From positions 1 through 64,000 of IMG/VR virus record IMGVR_UViG_3300009130_000012: DNA of 64,000 nucleotides. One strand, written 5' to 3'. The position numbers and the translations under genes are program-made. Numbering within the stretch: position 1 is the first letter of the stretch; each line of letters opens with the position of its first letter. This DNA is from a virus. Under the pieces are notes generated by a model, which searched no databases, was not told where the DNA came from, and was given only the letters and a program-made list of their open reading frames with translations. Below, in pieces: positions 1-6,376 of the stretch.

Positions 1-281
1 TCAATTGAGGTTGTATTGACTGGCTTAAGCACCTCATTATTATAAAAGTGCATTCTATATGCGATAACTATTTTTTTATTCACCCCACTATAAAACCTTA
101 CTTGGAACCAGTAATCGTAGTCATCATCAAATTTATATAAACTAGTTAGACACCTATAACCATAACTTCCTATGTTATTATCTTTATGTCGTTTAGTATA
201 GAATAATTCATGTCCGATATGACCTAAATCATTTGAATTAATGAAGGTTTCCAATTCTTCTTTAACTTCTTTAGGACTCAT
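1..281 (-). CDS. hypothetical protein, runs off the left edge
   Basis: ATG at 281; open frame MSPKEVKEELETFINSNDLGHIG... continues to position 1 without a stop; start overlaps the stop of the upstream minus-strand gene. Confidence 0.7.
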   Translation of the reverse strand, partial: MSPKEVKEELETFINSNDLGHIGHELFYTKRHKDNNIGSYGYRCLTSLYKFDDDYDYWFQVRFYSGVNKKIVIAYRMHFYNNEVLKPVNTTSI

Positions 282-477
282 CTGACTTGTCATCACGTCT
301 ATTTAATATATCTAATAATGATAATGATATGTTAGTCCAAACAGTGGCTGATAACCAACCAATTAGACTAAACCAAGCATTTTCCTCATGGTCATATATT
401 TTAAACACTGATAAAGTTAACATAGTTATCATTACTATATGTGCTAAATATACAAAAATTTTAGATTTTTTACTCAT
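271..477 (-). CDS. small membrane protein with two hydrophobic helices
   Basis: MSKKSKIFVYLAHIVMITMLTLSVF...WFSLIGWLSATVW; start reassigned to Met13 of the track ORF. Confidence 0.6.
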   Translation of the reverse strand: MSKKSKIFVYLAHIVMITMLTLSVFKIYDHEENAWFSLIGWLSATVWTNISLSLLDILNRRDDKSDES

Positions 478-534
478 AAATACAAATATATTAATTATTA
501 TGATATTAAACAAATTTAAACGGATATTTATATA

Positions 535-1041
535 GTGATGAAAAAGAATGAAGTAATTAATGTAATCAATTCTCTGAAGAAATACTCTCCAGTATCTGAC
601 GATATCATTAATAGGTCTATCAAAGCATTAGATGATAGAACAGTTATTAATAAAAGAATTGAGGTGTTGACAAACACGTTATTAAACACAACATTTAATG
701 ACATAATTAATGGTGATATGGGTGATAAACTATTGTCAGAATTTAATGCCATCGAAAATCTTGCTCACGATTTATCCATGAGTTATTATGATTTAAAAAA
801 AGATATGGATGCCGAAATTTCTGAAGAGGAGTATTTGGATAATGAAGGTCTTTACGTTAAAGTTGAAGAAATGATGGACTACGATGTTATGATTAGTGAT
901 GAAATTAGATTACTATATGATATAAAAAGAGCTATAGATTCAATTTATGATGCTATGGACGAAGATAATCTTACGTTGACTAAACAAAGTGATTTCTTTG
1001 AGTCATTCAAAAGATTATCTGAATATAAAAGAATTATATAA
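535..1041 (+). CDS. hypothetical protein
   Basis: 168-aa ORF preceded by the recurrent TATTTAT motif (525-531). Confidence 0.75.
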   Translation: MMKKNEVINVINSLKKYSPVSDDIINRSIKALDDRTVINKRIEVLTNTLLNTTFNDIINGDMGDKLLSEFNAIENLAHDLSMSYYDLKKDMDAEISEEEYLDNEGLYVKVEEMMDYDVMISDEIRLLYDIKRAIDSIYDAMDEDNLTLTKQSDFFESFKRLSEYKRII

Positions 1042-1045
1042 TATA

Positions 1046-1110
1046 CGGTTTAGGACCTGTTATAGCTACGGCTATCCAATACCACTAATTCGCTACTAGT
1101 GGTATTTTTT
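1046..1110 (+). terminator. three-hairpin 3' element ending in an intrinsic terminator
   Basis: GGT-TTAGG-ACC; ATAGC-TACG-GCTAT (cUACGg tetraloop); AATACCACTA-loop-TAGTGGTATT followed by a T-tract. Confidence 0.6.
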
Positions 1111-1133
1111 ATTAAGACGCAATACAGATTAAC

Positions 1134-1382
1134 ATGCTAAAAAATAAAAAAACTAAAGATATTGCCGTGTTATTATTAACAATAACACTTTGTTTTATCC
1201 TAATACTAACAGTTATTGGTAGCGCCATTATGAATAATGATACTGGTGGTAAAATGGAGGAATTAATTGCCTTTATTTTAGGTTCTATTACTACCATCGT
1301 TGGTGAGTACATTCTACTACAATTAAAGCTTGGTCTTAAGGACGAAGAAAAAGAAGAGAAATCTAAAGAGATTGAGGAATAG
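1134..1382 (+). CDS. small two-TM membrane protein (holin-like topology)
   Basis: two hydrophobic segments followed by a charged tail (KDEEKEEKSKEIEE). Confidence 0.65.
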   Translation: MLKNKKTKDIAVLLLTITLCFILILTVIGSAIMNNDTGGKMEELIAFILGSITTIVGEYILLQLKLGLKDEEKEEKSKEIEE

Positions 1383-1459
1383 TGGGTCTGGAGGGAATTG
1401 AACCCGCATGTCACCAGTTACGCTTTCTACTGGTTATGAGCCAGAGGCGATACAGACCC
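1383..1459 (-). tRNA. tRNA with CAT anticodon (probably Ile2) and rearranged D-arm connectivity
   Basis: acceptor GGGTCTG/CAGACCC with A73; anticodon arm CTGG-CTCATAA-CCAG; T arm GCGGG-TTCAATT-CCCTC; D-arm-like AGCGTAACTGGT lies 3' of the anticodon arm. Confidence 0.8.
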
Positions 1460-1464
1460 TTAAG

Positions 1465-1546
1465 CACGGAAGAGTAGAGTCGAACTACTAGGGGTACGTT
1501 ACCCACGGTTTTGGAGACCGCTTATCTCACCAATGAAAGCTTCCGT
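1465..1546 (-). tRNA. tRNA-Trp(CCA) with long variable arm
   Basis: acceptor ACGGAAG/CTTCCGT with G73; GCGGT-CTCCAAA-ACCGT; variable stem GGGTA-ACG-TACCC; T arm AGTAG-TTCGACT-CTACT. Confidence 0.85.
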
Positions 1547-1548
1547 GT

Positions 1549-2457
1549 TTATTTATTATATTTTCTTTCCCATTTTCTAATCGCATTATCACTAACACCA
1601 TACTTTCTACCAGTACCTCTATAACCCAATTCTTTAATGTCTTCCAATAATACTTCATACGGTGGACGTTCTACTTTTCGTTGTGATAACGACATAGCTA
1701 TTTGTTTATTAGTCCTACCACCATTAACTCGCCTTTCTTCATCTAATTTAATTTTATTACGAGCTTGTCTACTAATATATTTTTCTATCGGATATACAAT
1801 ATACTTTTCATTCGAAATTATAGTTTCAGCTAAGATTTTTATTATCTCATCGGTTTTGTTTAAAACATTAGTTGCATGAAATCTAATGATTCTCCAACCT
1901 TCTTTATGTAAAAGTTTATCTTTTCTCTTATCCCTTTCCCTAACATCACTATTACCATGTTGACTCCCGTCTATTTCTATGGCTACCTTAATATCTACAA
2001 AAGCAAAATCTATAAAATAAGGAAACACACAATATTCTCTAACAATCTTAAATTTTTTATTATAGTCCAAATTTTCTAGCAACTCTTTAAAAATTTTTTC
2101 TGGGTAACTCATGTTTTTTTGTCTCCATGCGGTCTTATCTGGATTATTTCGCATGTACTCTAACCTTATCTCACGTAATTTAGCCTTTGTTTCATTACTA
2201 TGTTTAAAATTTTCACTATATAGTTCTCTACCTAATTTATTCGCTTCCTTAGTTGTCCGTTTTTTATTACCTATTATAGTAACGACTGACGATTTCCCAA
2301 TACTATATTTTTTAGCTAACTTATTTATCGATAAACCTTTATTTAGATAATCTGACATCACATCAGCACTAATAATCTGTATTTTATGACATGCTTTCTC
2401 ATGAGCAGCTAACCCACCCTTATTATTAAATGACTTATTACAATACCTACAATTCAT
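1549..2457 (-). CDS. free-standing homing endonuclease (DUF559/Vsr-like PD-(D/E)XK domain with Zn-finger, NUMOD3-like and HTH parts) inside the tRNA array
   Basis: CRYC...HEKAC; KHSNETKAKLRE; FIDFAF..KVAIEIDGSQH...DKRKD..L..EGWRIIRF; C-terminal GRKYGVSDNAIRKW. Confidence 0.85.
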   Translation of the reverse strand: MNCRYCNKSFNNKGGLAAHEKACHKIQIISADVMSDYLNKGLSINKLAKKYSIGKSSVVTIIGNKKRTTKEANKLGRELYSENFKHSNETKAKLREIRLEYMRNNPDKTAWRQKNMSYPEKIFKELLENLDYNKKFKIVREYCVFPYFIDFAFVDIKVAIEIDGSQHGNSDVRERDKRKDKLLHKEGWRIIRFHATNVLNKTDEIIKILAETIISNEKYIVYPIEKYISRQARNKIKLDEERRVNGGRTNKQIAMSLSQRKVERPPYEVLLEDIKELGYRGTGRKYGVSDNAIRKWERKYNK

Positions 2458-2521
2458 ATAAGTGTTTTTATATAAATAGTAAATAATTGTAAAACTAACG
2501 TCCTAACCTAATAAAAAAAAG

Positions 2522-2606
2522 TACTGCCGATGGGGTTCGAACCCACACGTTCCATAAGGAACCCAGATTGAAAGTCTGGTTGCTTAACCAATTTGCATAC
2601 AGCAGC
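2522..2606 (-). tRNA. tRNA with Glu anticodon (TTC) on a long-variable-arm, Leu-like body
   Basis: GCTGCTG/CGGCAGT with A73; D arm TGC-AAATTGGTTAA-GCA; CCAGA-CTTTCAA-TCTGG; variable stem GTTCC-TTAT-GGAAC; GTGGG-TTCGAAC-CCCAT. Confidence 0.85.
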
Positions 2607-2616
2607 ATAAAAAAAG

Positions 2617-2701
2617 TGTGTGAGGAGGGATTCGAACCCCCAAGACTAATAAAAGTATAGCATTTACAGTGCTACGAGCCAACCAGTTGCTCAACTCACA
2701 C
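2617..2701 (-). tRNA. tRNA-Tyr(GTA)
   Basis: GTGTGAG/CTCACAC with A73; GAGC/GCTC D stem; TAGCA-CTGTAAA-TGCTA; long variable region; GGGGG-TTCGAAT-CCCTC. Confidence 0.92.
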
Positions 2702-2709
2702 AATACATG

Positions 2710-2783
2710 TGGAATAGGTGGGTCATGCTCCCACAACCCTCGGTGTGCAAAACCAAGGTACGAGCTACTTGTTTATCTACCCC
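2710..2783 (-). tRNA. tRNA-Ala(TGC) with non-canonical D and T loops
   Basis: GGGGTAG/CTATTCC with G3:U70 and A73 (Ala identity); TTGGT-TTTGCAC-ACCGA; T arm GTGGG-AGCATGA-CCCAC. Confidence 0.8.
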
Positions 2784-2795
2784 ATAATTTCATTG

Positions 2796-2866
2796 CGGTT
2801 CATAACGGTTATGCTCCGTTTCCTTCACGGTGACAGCGTGATATTCTACTATTATACTAATGAACC
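2796..2866 (-). tRNA. tRNA-Asp(GTC) with non-canonical T loop
   Basis: GGTTCAT/ATGAACC with G73; TCACG-CTGTCAC-CGTGA; AACGG-AGCATAA-CCGTT. Confidence 0.85.
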
Positions 2867-2903
2867 AAAATATTTTTCAACATGTCAAATAACTTCTCTT
2901 CTG

Positions 2904-2976
2904 TGGTATGGGTTGGTACCGCCCCAACATATCTGGTTTTTCAGACCAGCGCATGAACTTTCATTGCTACCACACC
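2904..2976 (-). tRNA. tRNA-Phe(GAA) with non-canonical T loop
   Basis: GGTGTGG/CCATACC with A73; GCA/TGC D stem; CTGGT-CTGAAAA-ACCAG; GTTGG-GGCGGTA-CCAAC. Confidence 0.87.
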
Positions 2977-2992
2977 ATTAAATTTTAAACAT

Positions 2993-3026
2993 AAAAAAAC
3001 CCGACTAAATTTCTTCAGTCGGGTTT
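2993..3026 (-). terminator. attenuator terminator (3:4 hairpin) upstream of the tRNA array
   Basis: minus strand AAACCCGACTGAA-GAAA-TTTAGTCGGGTTT-TTTT, ending about 16 nt before tRNA-Phe. Confidence 0.88.
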
Positions 3027-3053
3027 CACACTACACAATCAATTTATACTAAA

Positions 3054-3143
3054 TCATTTATCGTAACGAACATATCCGACTGGACTGAAGCTATAATCCG
3101 CTTCGGCATAAAACCATTCAAATATGTTGTTAAATCTTTTCAT
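3054..3143 (-). CDS. 29-aa attenuator leader peptide MKRFNNIFEWFYAEADYSFSPVGYVRYDK
   Basis: ATG at 3143 to TGA at 3054; lies between a promoter and a terminator; codons 7-17 match the seven downstream tRNAs; contains segments complementary to the terminator 5' arm. Confidence 0.8.
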   Translation of the reverse strand: MKRFNNIFEWFYAEADYSFSPVGYVRYDK

Positions 3144-3180
3144 TACGGTATATTATTCTTTTATTATCAAATAAGTACAA

Positions 3181-3212
3181 CAAAGATATGGTAAAAGTTG
3201 CAAAAAAACAAA
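3181..3212 (-). promoter_or_regulatory. Bacteroidetes-type sigma70 promoter for the leader/tRNA operon
   Basis: minus strand TTTG (3212-3209), 20-nt spacer, TATCTTTG (3188-3181); matches the -33 TTTG / -7 TAnnTTTG consensus. Confidence 0.8.
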
Positions 3213-3343
3213 TAAAATTTAAGTTTTTTTATTAACTATCTGATAATCAGATAGAAAAATTTTTGTTTTTTTTTAATTAAAGTACATATTAGTGATTAAT
3301 CTAATTACTATTTAAATATTTATAAAACAATATTAAATTAATA

Positions 3344-3814
3344 TTGGTGGAAGAAATTAGATTTAGAGCAATTAATTATAAGGGAAAAAGAGAATACATT
3401 TTCGATTCAAAAGGTAAATATGTTAGGCACAATGGTAAGTTCATCCTTAAAGAAAAAGTTAAAAGTGCTGACAGTAAACTAAGAAATGAGATTACCAAAT
3501 ATTTTAAGAAGATGCCCAAATTAAAAACTAAGGTTAAGGGTATTAGGGATTTAAATAAGAAGTTATACTATGTTAAGGCTTGGTATCTGACCGAATCTAA
3601 TGATTTAACTGTTCTAAGGAATCATAATAAGAGAGGTTTTAGGAAATACCATTTAGACCACATATATCCGTTAAGCGTTGCCTATAAAGAAGGAATACCA
3701 CCAGAAGTGGTATCCAACATTAAAAATTTAAGATTCGTTCATTACAAAGTGAATCTTAAAAAACGTGATTTAGTAACTGAAACAGCTAAAAAAATAATTA
3801 ATAAATTATACTAA
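3344..3814 (+). CDS. HNH endonuclease-like protein
   Basis: YHLDHIYPLS...VSNIKNLRFVHYKVNLKK HNH-type motif. Confidence 0.7.
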   Translation: MVEEIRFRAINYKGKREYIFDSKGKYVRHNGKFILKEKVKSADSKLRNEITKYFKKMPKLKTKVKGIRDLNKKLYYVKAWYLTESNDLTVLRNHNKRGFRKYHLDHIYPLSVAYKEGIPPEVVSNIKNLRFVHYKVNLKKRDLVTETAKKIINKLY

Positions 3815-3982
3815 TTAAGACTTCAGATTTGAAATCATTAAATTCATACAAAGAAAGGTTATAGAACATTTCAATAAAAAAGTGGGAGCACCACCTTTAA
3901 CTATAAAGAACCCTAAATCTAAAACGGCGAAGGTAAATGCCATAATCGCTGTAAAGTCCATAAAATTTAATTTTCTTTTCAT
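3815..3982 (-). CDS. 55-aa membrane protein (not in the ORF track)
   Basis: MKRKLNFMDFTAIMAFTFAVLDLGFFIVKGGAPTFLLKCSITFLCMNLMISNLKS; directly follows the 3995-4756 gene. Confidence 0.55.
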   Translation of the reverse strand: MKRKLNFMDFTAIMAFTFAVLDLGFFIVKGGAPTFLLKCSITFLCMNLMISNLKS

Positions 3983-3994
3983 AAGACTAAAATA

Positions 3995-4756
3995 TTATCT
4001 TAAAACTTTTTTAACCGACCCATCACTATAAACTTCTATTACCATACCGCTAAAATCGTCTTGAACTTTTTGTCCTAATAAGTCATATATAGCGATTAAT
4101 TTTACTTCTTCCTTTTCTTCAATTTTATTACAAAATAAAATATCAAAAAACTCTGTTGTACCGTCGTAATCAGTTTGGTAAAGTCTATAATATCCATTCT
4201 GAGTTATAGGATATTCGTAATTGGTTACTTCTTGTGTGTTTCCTTGACCATATATTTCCCCTTTAGATACCCAAGTTATTCCATCAGTAGAATACTCAAT
4301 AGTAAAATGACTATTATTAATTTCAGCCCCTGTAGACCAGTTAATGGTTTTATCATTGCAGCTAAGTTCTATAAGCTCCACTGGTAAGGGTTGAACACAA
4401 TTTATGTCAACATAAGATAAGTTACCTGCACTTAAATAACCGTTACTATATGGGTAACCTTGACTAAGGTTATTAATATCGGTACAATTATTACAATGTC
4501 TATTTATATCAATAGAGTTATAGTTACCAGTAAAAGCACCTCCTATGGTTAATTTGGAGTTACACCCTAAAAGATTAATAGTTCCATAATTTGTTAAATT
4601 ACCAGTTAAAGTTAATTCGACATTATCACTTATATTAATTTCACCACCACTTAGATTAATATATGTTGACCAAGTGGTATTACTGGTAATGTTAGTGGTT
4701 TGTGATTTAGATATTGAACACGTAAAAACCAATAATAATAGTATTAATTTTTTCAT
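3995..4756 (-). CDS. secreted protein resembling Bacteroidetes T9SS cargo
   Basis: signal peptide MKKLILLLLVFTCSISKSQ; PLPVEL...WSTGAEINNSHFTIEYSTDG...YYRLYQTDYDG module; C-terminal YDLLGQKV...YSDGSVKKV. Confidence 0.75.
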   Translation of the reverse strand: MKKLILLLLVFTCSISKSQTTNITSNTTWSTYINLSGGEINISDNVELTLTGNLTNYGTINLLGCNSKLTIGGAFTGNYNSIDINRHCNNCTDINNLSQGYPYSNGYLSAGNLSYVDINCVQPLPVELIELSCNDKTINWSTGAEINNSHFTIEYSTDGITWVSKGEIYGQGNTQEVTNYEYPITQNGYYRLYQTDYDGTTEFFDILFCNKIEEKEEVKLIAIYDLLGQKVQDDFSGMVIEVYSDGSVKKVLR

Positions 4757-4832
4757 AATTGTTTTAATTAGCCGTTGGTAGTTTTATTATAAATACAAAG
4801 ATACGGCATTAATTTTTATATTACAACTATTT

Positions 4833-5300
4833 TTATATCTTATTAATTAACTTTTCTATGTTATTTTTTTTACAGTATTGGTGTAATTTTAGTTCATTGT
4901 TTTTACGTAATTTTTTCCTATAGTCTTTTAGTGAAGGGGTAAATAACCACGACGGAATATAAGTTACTTGCTGTAAAAACATCGGTTTGAAGACTCTTTC
5001 TCCGTTATTGTTGCGATAACCACTGGGTGTATAGTAATTACCCACTGGATTACATATCCAAAAGATACCATCATAAAATATTATATATCTGATTAGCACG
5101 TATTGTTGCCAGTTTAAGTCTTTTTTAGTAGCTTTAATGCCTTTTTTATAGTTTAACGCTCTACTCGTCCTAGTACCTTCTACAACATATAAATCTATCG
5201 AGTTTACTGGTACCCCAATATTAAATCCAGATAATAATTTTTCTTTATCTGAAGTTTTAATCGCAAAAATTAACCTATATAAATATCTTAAAATAAACAT
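4833..5300 (-). CDS. hypothetical protein
   Basis: 155-aa ORF; TATATTTG (-7 type) element immediately upstream on the minus strand. Confidence 0.65.
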   Translation of the reverse strand: MFILRYLYRLIFAIKTSDKEKLLSGFNIGVPVNSIDLYVVEGTRTSRALNYKKGIKATKKDLNWQQYVLIRYIIFYDGIFWICNPVGNYYTPSGYRNNNGERVFKPMFLQQVTYIPSWLFTPSLKDYRKKLRKNNELKLHQYCKKNNIEKLINKI

Positions 5301-5391
5301 ACAACAAATATAACAAAATATTCCATAATCACCAAAAAAATTAATCCTAAATTGGTTGGTGTAATTTTATGTAGTAGGTTTGTGATAAGAT

Positions 5392-5832
5392 ATGAATAAA
5401 TTTGATTTAGCAAAAAATCTTATACCTAATGTTCTACATCCTTTAGTGACGGATGTATTTTTTAGTTATAGTAAAAATTTAAAGGATGGGTTGACTTATT
5501 TTAACCCTATCCATGATAAGGTGTGTAAAGATTTTATATTAGATACGACTTTAGGAATATATGGTGACCCATTTGGTACCATTTCTATACACATAGAATT
5601 CGGTGGAGTTATTACTGTATTCGATGATTTAGAGTATAACATTATGTTAGCAATATTTAGTAATAGTGGTCTAGACGTTAGGCAATTACACTTTGCGCTA
5701 AATAGAGGTTTGACGGAAACAGATTTTATACATTTCACAAATACTCAATCAGATTATCATAATTTTAGGTTAGATATCGTATGTGAGTATTTTAGGGAAA
5801 TTAACATAAAGAAATTAAGTAGCTATTTATAA
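5392..5832 (+). CDS. hypothetical protein
   Basis: 146-aa ORF; TAGGTTTG element upstream. Confidence 0.65.
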   Translation: MNKFDLAKNLIPNVLHPLVTDVFFSYSKNLKDGLTYFNPIHDKVCKDFILDTTLGIYGDPFGTISIHIEFGGVITVFDDLEYNIMLAIFSNSGLDVRQLHFALNRGLTETDFIHFTNTQSDYHNFRLDIVCEYFREINIKKLSSYL

Positions 5833-5845
5833 TAAAATAGTTGTC

Positions 5846-6340
5846 GTGTCTAAATTTAAGTTAGCTATAATTGATGATGATATTGTAGATATTTGGTTAT
5901 ATGAAGAAATATTAATTTCAGCGTTTCCAGAATGTGAAGTTAATAAATTCTGCTCACTTGGTGACGTTAAAGATAGGTTACTAGAATTTAAACCAGATAT
6001 TATATTATTAGATTTTAATTTAAGTGATTCAACCGCTTTTGACGTTATAGAGTTTGTTAAACCTAAACTAGGTGAACTACCAATAATTGTAATAACTGGT
6101 GTAGAAGACAAAAGTATTATAACTAAATTATATGACGTAGGTATATATAATTATATTAAAAAAGATGTTACTAAAAATCTATTACCTAATGTTTTAAATA
6201 ATGCTGTATCTCAATATAACCTAAAATCTAGCGTTAGGATATTAAATAAGAGGTTGAAGATACAGAATTTCAATTTCAAATTATATGTATTATTATATTT
6301 GTTAATTACCGCATTTATTTTATATTTCATTCTAAAATAA
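5846..6340 (+). CDS. response-regulator receiver domain with C-terminal TM helix
   Basis: LAIIDDD...KPDIILLDFNL...LPIIVITG...YIKK receiver motifs; hydrophobic tail LYVLLYLLITAFILYFIL. Confidence 0.85.
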   Translation: MSKFKLAIIDDDIVDIWLYEEILISAFPECEVNKFCSLGDVKDRLLEFKPDIILLDFNLSDSTAFDVIEFVKPKLGELPIIVITGVEDKSIITKLYDVGIYNYIKKDVTKNLLPNVLNNAVSQYNLKSSVRILNKRLKIQNFNFKLYVLLYLLITAFILYFILK

Positions 6341-6376
6341 TTTGTATTTTATAATTTTTTTAGTATCTTTAAATTT

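Noticed and set aside
1112-1414. 100-aa minus-strand ORF and similar antisense ORFs (e.g. 11256-11768, 22460-22894, 34964-35572)
   Set aside because: These are shadow frames opposite well-supported genes, with Ser/Leu/Phe-rich mirror composition.
1465-1547. tRNA-Sec or 8/5 allo-tRNA reading of the long-arm tRNA
   Set aside because: The anticodon is CCA, not TCA. The apparent eighth acceptor pair would consume G73 and leave a C discriminator, so the 7-bp A1:U72/G73 Trp reading fits better.
2710-2976. Calling the Ala/Asp/Phe tRNAs pseudogenes
   Set aside because: Acceptor, anticodon and T stems and identity elements are intact, the loop changes are correlated across three genes, and their codons appear in the leader peptide.
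2718-2981. 87-aa plus-strand ORF
   Set aside because: It is antisense to three tRNA genes and has no protein features.
2993-3180. T-box riboswitch as the regulator of the tRNA array
   Set aside because: No T-box consensus (UGGNACC bulge) or Stem I is visible, and the leader is short. A uORF with 1:2/2:3/3:4 pairing explains the region.
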